From: a virus
Lineage: Duplodnaviria; Caudoviricetes
Virus record (IMG/VR): IMGVR_UViG_3300042475_004921
Span: 1 to 55,810 of that record
Strand: one strand, 5' to 3'
DNA length: 55,810 nt
The position numbers and the translations under genes were made by a program. The notes beneath the pieces are model-generated. The model saw only the letters and a list, made by a program, of their open reading frames with translations, was not told the DNA's origin and ran no database searches. Shown here piece by piece: positions 1-8,373 of the stretch. Numbering within the stretch: position 1 is the first letter of the stretch; each line of letters opens with the position of its first letter.

Positions 1-2
1 CC

Positions 3-203
3 CCGAGTCTAAAAATCAAAGCGGTAGTGGAAGCATTTAGGTTAAACTTTCCCGATGAAACCCTTAATCAAGATCTAAAATGTCTTGCCAATGCCATTCG
101 TGCCATTGCAAAGCACTATGCTTGGGAAGATTTTAATACTATGTTACTCACGGCTGAGCAGCTCAAAGACATTGCAGATGAATTAGATGAATACCATGAA
201 TAA
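3..203 (+). CDS. Partial hypothetical protein (5' end outside window)
   Basis: Open frame from position 3 (PSLKIKAVVEAF...DELDEYHE) ending TAA at 201-203; overlaps the next ATG at 196. Confidence 0.6.
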   Translation, partial: PSLKIKAVVEAFRLNFPDETLNQDLKCLANAIRAIAKHYAWEDFNTMLLTAEQLKDIADELDEYHE

Positions 204-312
204 TCTTAACATTCCACCACTGCTAGAAGCCGCTCTAAGATTGAGAGCCGAAAATGATCTCGGCAAACTCTTTTTACCGTCATTCGGGTCTAGGTTAATA
301 CCCCAACAATGA
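196..312 (+). CDS. Small hypothetical protein, 38 aa (not in ORF track)
   Basis: MNNLNIPPLLEAALRLRAENDLGKLFLPSFGSRLIPQQ; its TGA overlaps the ATG at 309 (ATGA coupling). Confidence 0.5.
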   Translation: MNNLNIPPLLEAALRLRAENDLGKLFLPSFGSRLIPQQ

Positions 313-1070
313 AAGATCCCATTTTTCTTCTACAATCTGGAGGCCCACTACAAACCGAAAAAGTTGCATGTAGCTTTTCGAATTATCCTATTAGGTACTG
401 CTCTTTCGGTGATATTTCATTATTAAACCAGAAAACATCCATAACACAGTTTATTCCTGTTGGTTCGGTAGAGTTTGTTCAGGCATATAGCCAACATGTT
501 AATTTGGTGTTACCAGAAGACTTTTCTTATGGATATGGCGGTAATTTGGACAAATATCTTATGAGATCTATCAGACTCGGAACTTACGGTGAGGCATCTA
601 CTGAAGAATTTGTAAAGCCAATTTACATAAAGTTGTTCACTGGTAATATAAAGGAGCAAATCGAGTTGGAGATGCCTGGTCTAATTTCTGATGACACGCC
701 AGTTTGGATCTCTGAGCCTGTACCATTTGAGGCTGAATTTCGCTTTTATATACGAGACTCAATTGGTAGCGGCAAAATTCTGGGATGGTCAAGATATGAT
801 GGCGAACAAGTAATAAATCCTCTACCGGACTCTGAACTGGTTAATAATATTATGAAAGATTTGGAATCAATCGGGGCTCCTGGTGCATACACGATTGATA
901 TTGGATGGAGACCTGATCTGAATCAGTATTGTCTTGTGGAACTTAACGATGCCTGGTCACTAGGATTCTACGAGAATAATGATTCCCAATCAAATCCTCC
1001 GTCAAGGCAGGAATATGCCGATATGTTAGTTTCTCGTTGGAGTCAAATCCTATTTTCTAATTTAGTGTAA
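309..1070 (+). CDS. ATP-grasp domain protein (DUF4343/R2K-like)
   Basis: Motifs PVGSVEF, FVKP..KLFTG, EFRFYI, YTIDIG, LVELNDAWSLGFY match my recollection of this ATP-grasp family. Confidence 0.75.
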   Translation: MKDPIFLLQSGGPLQTEKVACSFSNYPIRYCSFGDISLLNQKTSITQFIPVGSVEFVQAYSQHVNLVLPEDFSYGYGGNLDKYLMRSIRLGTYGEASTEEFVKPIYIKLFTGNIKEQIELEMPGLISDDTPVWISEPVPFEAEFRFYIRDSIGSGKILGWSRYDGEQVINPLPDSELVNNIMKDLESIGAPGAYTIDIGWRPDLNQYCLVELNDAWSLGFYENNDSQSNPPSRQEYADMLVSRWSQILFSNLV

Positions 1071-1131
1071 TATGTTAATTATTTTACAGCTTTCTTTACT
1101 TTACTTTTTTGATGATGGAGTGTAACATATA

Positions 1132-1719
1132 ATGAATCTCAACTTAAATTGGGAGAGTCATGCATCGGCTGAGGGTTGGACTGTAGATCGCTTACCAACG
1201 GCTGAAGATGCATTAAACGGATTTAGTAATACGAACTACCCAGAATCGTGTAAAGATCTTGTCCAGATTCATTGCTCTCACATTACCCATGAACATCTTA
1301 CCAGGGGATACTCTCGCAATGGAAATGCTCTATGTCCATGGTATCAGGTTGTTCCTAGACAACCCTGGGCACCCCTGAACCGTTACACATACTCTTTTGG
1401 AGGCCACTATGAACCACTTTCAACCACTGCACAAATAAATATGACTAAATTTTCACCAGCAGAAATTGAGATTTTATTACACTGCTACACCTCCCCCGAA
1501 ATACATCCAAGAATTGATAGTCCATGTGTAAAATCGGGTTTAGCCAATTTGGAGATGTGTCTCCTTATTGAACCGCAAGTTTATGAACATGGAGTTGACA
1601 CTACAAATTTGAGCACACATAGAACAACTGAACGTGGAGTCGCACATATTAAACAATTGTGTAGTCTACCTTTACCTAAACAAGTATGGGCCGATCAAAA
1701 TGGAAGAGTTATTGAATGA
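1132..1719 (+). CDS. Hypothetical protein
   Basis: 195-aa ORF with GGAG upstream; ATGA overlap with next gene; possible internal start at 1441. Confidence 0.7.
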   Translation: MNLNLNWESHASAEGWTVDRLPTAEDALNGFSNTNYPESCKDLVQIHCSHITHEHLTRGYSRNGNALCPWYQVVPRQPWAPLNRYTYSFGGHYEPLSTTAQINMTKFSPAEIEILLHCYTSPEIHPRIDSPCVKSGLANLEMCLLIEPQVYEHGVDTTNLSTHRTTERGVAHIKQLCSLPLPKQVWADQNGRVIE

Positions 1720-2252
1720 AAAAATTTAGACTAACTGAAGACCACATTAAACTACTAAGACACATGTGGGTTGGGTGGGGCTATAGTGAAACGGGTGCTC
1801 CCGAAATTGATCCCAAACGACCTTATGGTAACAGTGATGTTAATGGTGACATTCATAAGATCTTAACTGGAGAAGACCTTTCGCCAGATAGTGATGTTGA
1901 TTATGATGAGTTACACCGGCAAACCGAAACTGCACTGCAAATTGTTTTACGTGTTGGAAAGTTTGAGCCTGGCGTTTATGTCTGTGATACTTATCGAAGT
2001 AATTGGAGATTGGAATCGGGAACAAATGAGTGGCAACCGATTGAAACAGCCCCAAAAACGCCAGATGCTTCAGGAATAACCCCGATGATTTTATTAGGAT
2101 TTGCTGAAGACGAAGAAGGCTATTCTTTACCAACACATGAAGGCTTTTGGAATATTTCTTTAAATAAATGGGTAGTCAGTATAGATCCAAATTTTGGAGT
2201 TTATGGCCAGCCTACACATTGGCGACATTTACCTGCTCCTCCAATTTGGTGA
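1716..2252 (+). CDS. Hypothetical phage protein with C-terminal DUF551-like domain
   Basis: C-terminal EWQPIETAPK...PTHWRHLPAPP is the DUF551 pattern; N-terminal IDPKRPYGNSD region is a separate module. Confidence 0.75.
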   Translation: MKKFRLTEDHIKLLRHMWVGWGYSETGAPEIDPKRPYGNSDVNGDIHKILTGEDLSPDSDVDYDELHRQTETALQIVLRVGKFEPGVYVCDTYRSNWRLESGTNEWQPIETAPKTPDASGITPMILLGFAEDEEGYSLPTHEGFWNISLNKWVVSIDPNFGVYGQPTHWRHLPAPPIW

Positions 2253-2400
2253 CAAATTGCGCCTAACTAAACAAGATATTGATAACTTCTTAGAAGAGTA
2301 TAATACTCAAGAGAAAGCAAGAGAATTTCTGCATGAAGCCGGATTTATTGATGAAAATGGAAAGCTGACTAAACCTTATAGGAAAGAAAATGAAGAATAA
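2194..2400 (+). CDS. Small hypothetical protein (true start probably downstream, near 2257)
   Basis: Protein-like C-terminal part LRLTKQDIDNFLEEY...AGFIDENGKLTKPY fills the gap between neighbours. Confidence 0.55.
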   Translation: MEFMASLHIGDIYLLLQFGDKLRLTKQDIDNFLEEYNTQEKAREFLHEAGFIDENGKLTKPYRKENEE

Positions 2401-2620
2401 AACAGTTACAATTTCAACTCATCCATTGCGATATGGCAATGAAAATGTAACAGAAGCATTTGAGACAAATAAAATCGGTTTTGAATTAGAAGTTAGAACC
2501 GAAACTTATAGACATAGTGATATTCTTGATTTGGAGACAGTTCTTAATTTGAAAAATCAAATTGAAAATGCTCTTAAAAGTTATGATGAATTTATGAACC
2601 GAAGTTCATTTCAACCATGA
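2390..2620 (+). CDS. Hypothetical protein
   Basis: 76-aa ORF overlapping the upstream stop; last of the plus-strand run. Confidence 0.65.
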   Translation: MKNKTVTISTHPLRYGNENVTEAFETNKIGFELEVRTETYRHSDILDLETVLNLKNQIENALKSYDEFMNRSSFQP

Positions 2621-3415
2621 GAACCAACTACACCTATACCTATTCAGAAGAAGACTTAAACGCTTAAGGATATAGTTAGAACGCCTTTTCTCTGGTGTGG
2701 ACTTTTTAGAAGAAAACTTCTCGGTAGTTCTACCTTTCCAATTTAATCCAATACCTGGCTCGCTTTCAAGATGAATTACTACTATTTCCGGTAGTAATTC
2801 TCTTTTTTGTCTGGGCCATTTTTTGCAATGAATAACATCGGTTCTGTCGGCAAAACCATGTTTATTTGGGTACGTGAATACGTTTGATTTTAGGGGATTC
2901 CATAGTTGAAAGTAGCCAATAGGCTCATAACCACCATGATGGGTCTTATACTCGCATAGTCTTACACCAACCGGAAATTGTGTCAAATGCACAAATATCC
3001 AGGCATCTTGTATAGGTTTAGGTGAATTTTGAAACTCTTGCCATTCATCAAAACTCGGACACATTAATCTATCTGCTCCGTAAATCTTAGTGGAATCAAG
3101 AGGAAGATTTTCTAAAATAGATCTAGTCTGTGGTGGTAAATAAATATCGGCATCTAGATGTAGCACCCAACCATTTTGATCTAAATGTCTGAGACCTTCG
3201 TTAATTCCTCTACCCTTATTGAATGTATCTCCATTCTCATAAAAGGCATTGGTCTGAACACACATTACGTTATAGTATTCACATAGCCTTTTGGTCTCTA
3301 GGTCTTCAAAATCGGTTACAACAACCAATTTGTCAAACTGATTTTTGGTGCTAGGTAAAGTATGAGCTAAAAAATCTGAATAGTTTACGCAAACTATAAC
3401 TGCTTCTAATTTCAT
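2606..3415 (-). CDS. GT-A fold (family 2-like) glycosyltransferase; start reassigned to ATG 3415
   Basis: MKLEAVIVCVNYSDFL start, FNKGRGINEG, WVLHLDADIYLP (DxD motif), GYFQLW; late-promoter motif just upstream of 3415. Confidence 0.75.
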   Translation of the reverse strand: MKLEAVIVCVNYSDFLAHTLPSTKNQFDKLVVVTDFEDLETKRLCEYYNVMCVQTNAFYENGDTFNKGRGINEGLRHLDQNGWVLHLDADIYLPPQTRSILENLPLDSTKIYGADRLMCPSFDEWQEFQNSPKPIQDAWIFVHLTQFPVGVRLCEYKTHHGGYEPIGYFQLWNPLKSNVFTYPNKHGFADRTDVIHCKKWPRQKRELLPEIVVIHLESEPGIGLNWKGRTTEKFSSKKSTPEKRRSNYILKRLSLLLNRYRCSWFSWLK

Positions 3416-3438
3416 TGTAATATCCAATCCTACAAAAT

Positions 3439-3446
3439 TATTTATG
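3439..3446 (-). promoter_or_regulatory. T4-type late promoter (CATAAATA) for the glycosyltransferase
   Basis: Plus strand TATTTATG, 23 nt upstream of ATG 3415; overlaps the ATG of the divergent gene at 3444. Confidence 0.5.
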
Positions 3447-4958
3447 AATCTGAGACAATTAATACAGAACAATTGGGAAGGTCGGGCATTTATGAAAATT
3501 GCCGCCAATAAAGATTACAGAAAGGAGATTGAAGATAAGACTTCTTTTTTGAATTCTTATTATGAATGTCTAAAACTAAAGCAGAGAGCTTATGTTTTGT
3601 TGAATGATCTATCAGAAGAACAACTGCCTTATTGTAAATGTGGGTGTGGCAGAAGAGCTAGTATTAATAGATTGGCAGAAAGGGGATTTAGTGAGTATTT
3701 TAATGAGGAGTGCCATAGAAGAGCACCTAAGATTTCTGATGAGGCTCTAGACAAACTTTCTGATAGAGACTGGTTATTTGAGCAGAGAATAGTTCTTAAA
3801 AAGGCCATTGAGACTATTGGTGAAGAATTGGGTGTGTCACATGTTCCTGTTAAAAAGTGGCTCAAGATTCATAATATTGATAATCTGGTTGATGCAAGAA
3901 GAAGAAATGCGGCTGCTACCGAAATCTTTAATGATAAAGAAAAACTTGAGAATCTATACAACTCTGGACTGACTTGCGGGGCTATTGCCGAGAGTCTTAA
4001 TAGCTCTAAGGGGACCGTTTCAAGATGGCTTGTGTATCACGGTATTGAAAGAAGACCACCAAACTCTTATGAGAGAACTATTAATAAAGTCAGTGGCGAA
4101 GAGCGGGAACTTATTGATTTTATTGAAGAAATATACTCTGATGAGATTTTGACTTCTAATCGTTCGGTTCTTAACGGACGAGAACTTGATGTTTATTTGC
4201 CGAAACATAACCTGGCTATTGAGTATAATGGGCTTTATAGTCATTCTTATAAACCTTGGGCTGAAAGTGAAAGTTTAATTAAAGGTCCAAACTTTCACCT
4301 ATCAAAAACTCTTGAGTGTGAAAAACAGGGTATTCAGTTGATTCACGTTTTTAGTGATGAATGGAACTACAGGCAGAATATTGTTAAGTCAATTCTTAAA
4401 AGTAAGTTAGGTATTAATGAAAGAATTTATGCCCGTAAATGTAATATTGTTGAGGTTGGTATTAATGGTAAGAATAAGTTTCTAAATGACAATCACATTC
4501 AGGGTGAAGATAAGTCTGGAATTAAACTTGGACTAGAATATGAAGGCAATTTGGTGTGTTTAATGACCTTTAATAAGTCCAGGTTTAATAAAAATTATGA
4601 GTGGGAATTGGTGAGGTTCTGCAATTCTGGTGGTCTTAATGTTGTTGGTGGTTTTAGTAGGCTACTGTCTTATTTTAGGCGCGAATATTCTGGGTCTATT
4701 GTTTCTTATGCTGATAGGCGGTATTCTAATGGTGGAGTGTATGCTAAGAATGGATTTGATTTGATACGAGTTAATAAACCTGGGTATTATTACGTTGATA
4801 AGAATTATTTGGTTCGTCATAATCGCATGAAGTTTCAGAAGAAACTTATTGGTGCTTATGATTGTACCGAATATGAAAAATCCCGAGAGATGGGCTTTAA
4901 TAAGATATTTGATTGTGGTAGTTTGTGTTTTGGGATGAATTATGTTTCAGAAAAATGA
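3444..4958 (+). CDS. Hef-like putative homing endonuclease: CxCGC motif, two HTH-like repeats, Vsr/PD-(D/E)xK-like nuclease, C-terminal GNAT/Mom-like domain
   Basis: YCKCGCG; IGEELGVSHVPVKKWL and IAESLNSSKGTVSRWL; ELDVYLPKHNLAIEYNGLYSH; YARKC...NHIQG...WELVRFC...VVGGFSRLL...SYADRRYSNG. Confidence 0.75.
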   Translation: MNLRQLIQNNWEGRAFMKIAANKDYRKEIEDKTSFLNSYYECLKLKQRAYVLLNDLSEEQLPYCKCGCGRRASINRLAERGFSEYFNEECHRRAPKISDEALDKLSDRDWLFEQRIVLKKAIETIGEELGVSHVPVKKWLKIHNIDNLVDARRRNAAATEIFNDKEKLENLYNSGLTCGAIAESLNSSKGTVSRWLVYHGIERRPPNSYERTINKVSGEERELIDFIEEIYSDEILTSNRSVLNGRELDVYLPKHNLAIEYNGLYSHSYKPWAESESLIKGPNFHLSKTLECEKQGIQLIHVFSDEWNYRQNIVKSILKSKLGINERIYARKCNIVEVGINGKNKFLNDNHIQGEDKSGIKLGLEYEGNLVCLMTFNKSRFNKNYEWELVRFCNSGGLNVVGGFSRLLSYFRREYSGSIVSYADRRYSNGGVYAKNGFDLIRVNKPGYYYVDKNYLVRHNRMKFQKKLIGAYDCTEYEKSREMGFNKIFDCGSLCFGMNYVSEK

Positions 4959-5726
4959 TGAACGTGTTTATGATGTTAGATCGGACTATTACGTCTACCG
5001 TCTTATTAATCCATTAAGTTGGTCTCCTTTTTATATTGGAAAGGGTAAAAAATGGAGGTGCTATCAACATCTTAGCGCCAGGAACAATTATTCGCACAAT
5101 AAGAGGCTTGGTGGATATATTAGGAATCTTAGAGCTGCTGGAATTGAGCCCGTTGTTATTAAGATACGTGAGGGAATGAACGAAGAAGCTGCTTATATTT
5201 TAGAAGAGCAAGAAATTCTTAAATATGGCCGCAAAGGATTTGATGAATGTGGCATTCTTATGAATATTTTTATTGCTAATAGGCCAGAGAAAAGAATTGG
5301 AAGTGATAATGGATTTTATGGTAAAACTCATAGTGATGAAACAAAAGCACTTTTAAGAAAGCTTGGTACTGGCAGAAAGCATAATGATACAGTAAAACGT
5401 AAAATAAGTGAATCACATAAGGGTAACCAAAATCAGATGAACACAAAAGAAAAATAGGAGACAAATCAAGAGGAAGAATATCAAAAGAAGAAACTAAACA
5501 GAAACTTAGAGAGTATAATTTAAGAGAAGATGTATTAAAAAGAAATATTGAATCAAAACAAAAAGAATGGATTGTTATAAATCCCGATGGTGTTGAAGAG
5601 TTTGTTGTAAATTTATCTGATTATTGTTTAGAAAATGGATTAAGTAGAAGTAAGATGTATTCGGTTGCTTCTGGTAACAGGAAACACCATAAGAAGTATA
5701 AATGTAGAAAAGCTGATGACCAATAA
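4942..5726 (+). pseudogene. GIY-YIG family (Seg-like) endonuclease with NUMOD3 repeats, frameshifted at ~5425
   Basis: YYVYRL...FYIGKGK..R; NUMOD3 FYGKTHSDETK, GRKHNDTVKRKISESHKG; adding one A at 5425-5426 restores GKPKSDEHKRKIG... and an open frame to TAA 5724-5726. Confidence 0.75.
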
Positions 5727-5751
5727 AAAAGAGGGTCATCAGGACCCTCTT
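5725..5751 (-). terminator. Rho-independent terminator of gp23 (possibly bidirectional)
   Basis: AAGAGGGTC-ATCAG-GACCCTCTT hairpin; T6 tract on the minus strand; lies between convergent genes. Confidence 0.85.
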
Positions 5752-5772
5752 ATGATAAATGTCAGCGTTTGC

Positions 5773-7182
5773 TCACATTAAGTTGGCCACGCGGACGCGA
5801 CGGTAGTAACGATTGGAGTTAATATGTAGTCTACCTTGACCTTGATCAGTACCTTCGGCGAAGGGATTAGCAACCAAACCATATCGCGTCTTAAACCCGA
5901 TACGAGGAGTAAAGGTGTCCTGACCTACGGCACGAACCATTTGTAGCGGCACATATGGCGCATAAAAAATTCCAGCGTCAAATGGATTAGATCCCTTATA
6001 ACCTACCACATAATATTGATCGGCGCTAACGTTAGCTGAATAGGGATCAATATAAACACGCCATTTACCCATAAGAACGCCAGCAAAGGTATTACCGGTA
6101 TCATCAACATTAAGGTTAGCATTAAGAGCGGGAGTATAGTCAAGTACACCAGCCATAGTAAGCGCAGAGGCTACGTCGGCAGAGCACATGATAACATTAC
6201 CCTTTCCGCGACGAGTACGTTGAGCAATAGCATTGGCATCGCGCTCAATTTGGAACAGAAGACCCTTGAACTTCTCAACAGACCAACGACCATTGGAATC
6301 AACATCAAGGTCAAAGATACCAGGAGTAGCAACATTTACGGCGGCACCCTGTTCGGCAACCTTATAGATTGTACGAATAACTTCGCGGTTGATTTCAGTT
6401 AGGATTTCAGTAGAGAGAATGTTGGCAAGTTCAGCTTCGGCACTAGTACCGTGAATGGCCTTAAGATCTTGAGCAAGTTCAAGAGTGTATTCAGCCTTCA
6501 GGGCGCGGCTCTTGGCCTCAACAAGAACCTTCTCAATGGAGAAGCTCATTTCGTTGAATTGGTCTCCAGCAGAATAACCGAGGGCTTCTGCGTCACCGGT
6601 ACGCATACCTTGACCGACTTGATAGGCGGTAGAAGATGCAGTACCAACGGGATTCAACAGACCAGGGTTAAAGCCAGCATTGTTGCTATTGGTTGTACCC
6701 ATACCAACGGCAGCATTAGTAAACCCGGCATTAACATTGAAGCCGCTATCTTGGCCAGAGAAAGTGGTATCCACTTCGTTGTAGAAAGTTTCAGCGCCGA
6801 ATTGATCCTTATAGCGTGAGCGCATTGCAAAGATTAGGCCGGTAGGACCGGTCATCGGTTGAACGCCAGCTAGATCATATGCGACCAGATTAGGCATTGA
6901 CCGACGAATCAGTGAGATAAGTACAGGGTCAAAACCGGCAACAGGGCCGGCGGCATTAGCACTACCACTAAAACCACCAGTAGCGCCAGCGGCATTACCG
7001 TAGGTAGTTTCAAATAGAGTACCATTAGAAAAGCTTTGATCTTCGCGGAGAGAAATTTCTTGATTTTCTAGAAGTTGAGCAGTAACCTTTTTGCGGTGAG
7101 AATCCTTGATAGGATCTAGACCGTCATAGTTAAGAAGAGGAGCCCACTTTTCTAGCAATTGTTCTTGATTCAACATTTGCAT
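5773..7182 (-). CDS. gp23: Major capsid protein
   Basis: LLEKWAPLL, FDPVLISLIRRSMPNL, GVQPMTGPTGLIFAMR, KSRALKAEYTLELAQDLKAIHG, GFKTRYG. Confidence 0.99.
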   Translation of the reverse strand: MQMLNQEQLLEKWAPLLNYDGLDPIKDSHRKKVTAQLLENQEISLREDQSFSNGTLFETTYGNAAGATGGFSGSANAAGPVAGFDPVLISLIRRSMPNLVAYDLAGVQPMTGPTGLIFAMRSRYKDQFGAETFYNEVDTTFSGQDSGFNVNAGFTNAAVGMGTTNSNNAGFNPGLLNPVGTASSTAYQVGQGMRTGDAEALGYSAGDQFNEMSFSIEKVLVEAKSRALKAEYTLELAQDLKAIHGTSAEAELANILSTEILTEINREVIRTIYKVAEQGAAVNVATPGIFDLDVDSNGRWSVEKFKGLLFQIERDANAIAQRTRRGKGNVIMCSADVASALTMAGVLDYTPALNANLNVDDTGNTFAGVLMGKWRVYIDPYSANVSADQYYVVGYKGSNPFDAGIFYAPYVPLQMVRAVGQDTFTPRIGFKTRYGLVANPFAEGTDQGQGRLHINSNRYYRRVRVANLM

Positions 7183-7227
7183 TTGATTTTTACCTTTTTG
7201 TAGTTTTGAATTTGAGTAATATTAAAA

Positions 7228-8322
7228 TCAGATTTTGGAGAACATATTAGCCACCTTAAGATAGCTTTCCATAGAATTAGAGACTGGCTCTTGATATTCG
7301 TAGGCTTCCGACAAATCGGTTACTGTGCTCCTGGTTGCTCTATGAGTTGGGAAATAAGATTCCCTAAGAGTTTCCAACTTATCCCTATAAGTTTGTTCAC
7401 CTTCAAACTCAACACTTTCAGCAAGTGTGGCGAGCTTCTCCTTCTGAGTGACGGCTAATCCTTCAGAAACATCATCAAGAATTCTATCTGCAACCGACTC
7501 AGAGAGTCTTTGGTTTAGACGAACATTCTTTTCAATTTGCTCGTTGAGTTTTTCTTCCATTTCATCTAGTTTTTCTACCATTCCTTCCAGAACGTCATAC
7601 TTTTCTTCAGGCATTTCCACATAATGTTGTTCACAAAGTCCCTTAAGACCTTCTAAGAAAGATTCGGTTACTTTAACCTTGATACCGGTCTCCACTTGAA
7701 GACGGTTTTCCTCTAGCCATTCTTCTGATACATAATCCAGATAAGCATCTACTCTTTCTTCAAGTTCTTCCTTGATTGCTTGTACTTCTTCCTTAAGAGC
7801 GATCTCGTACTTGACTTCAAGAGCTTCTTTGAGTTGATTTGCTCTAGTCTTAAGAGCAGCCTCAAAAATAGTGCGAGCCTTTTCTTGGAACTCTTCAGAA
7901 AGTTCTTCACCTTCCATAAGAGCATTTACATCTTCATCTACATTGAAGTCTTCAACATAGATTTCTTCTTCTAGCTCATCTTCTACTTCTTCGTCTTCTA
8001 GTTCTTCGTCCTCATCTTCTAGAACTTCTTCATCTTCGTCATCTAGAGATTCTTTAACCGCACCGGATGCCAGTTTGGACATGGGTTCAGCAGACTTTGC
8101 CTTGCTGTTGACTACATCTTTTACTGCAGAAAGGCGGGCGGATGGGTCCTTAAGCTTTGCAGAATCATCATCATTCTTATAGTTTTCAGGAGTGGGACCG
8201 CCCAAGTCTTCCCAACCTACAGTTTGACCAGGAGGAATATTGCCAGACAACTTTTGCATTGGTTCAGCGGGCTTAGCACCGCTATTCACTGCAGTTTTTG
8301 ATTGAGAATTCTTGGCATCCAT
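7228..8322 (-). CDS. gp22: Prohead core scaffolding protein
   Basis: EDLGGPTPENY, ELSEEFQEKARTIFEAA, KLETLRESYF; acidic coiled coil; sits between gp21 and gp23. Confidence 0.95.
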   Translation of the reverse strand: MDAKNSQSKTAVNSGAKPAEPMQKLSGNIPPGQTVGWEDLGGPTPENYKNDDDSAKLKDPSARLSAVKDVVNSKAKSAEPMSKLASGAVKESLDDEDEEVLEDEDEELEDEEVEDELEEEIYVEDFNVDEDVNALMEGEELSEEFQEKARTIFEAALKTRANQLKEALEVKYEIALKEEVQAIKEELEERVDAYLDYVSEEWLEENRLQVETGIKVKVTESFLEGLKGLCEQHYVEMPEEKYDVLEGMVEKLDEMEEKLNEQIEKNVRLNQRLSESVADRILDDVSEGLAVTQKEKLATLAESVEFEGEQTYRDKLETLRESYFPTHRATRSTVTDLSEAYEYQEPVSNSMESYLKVANMFSKI

Positions 8323-8352
8323 ATTGAAATCTTTTTATTGGTAATCTATGTT

Positions 8353-8359
8353 TATTTAG
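8353..8359 (-). promoter_or_regulatory. Late promoter (CTAAATA) for gp22
   Basis: TATTTAG on plus strand in the intergenic gap. Confidence 0.65.
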
Positions 8360-8373
8360 TAAAGTAATTGTTT

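Noticed and set aside
1072-1125. 17-codon ORF MLIILQLSLLYFFDDGV in a T-rich gap
   Set aside because: Too short and unsupported; the region more likely holds the ribosome-binding site for 1132
3416-3508. N-terminal extension of the glycosyltransferase in the ORF track
   Set aside because: Overlaps the divergent gene; ATG 3415 gives a typical GT-A start and has a late promoter at normal spacing
7950-8050. TCTTC/TCATC-rich repetitive DNA
   Set aside because: Encodes the Glu/Asp tract of scaffold gp22; no repeat-spacer structure
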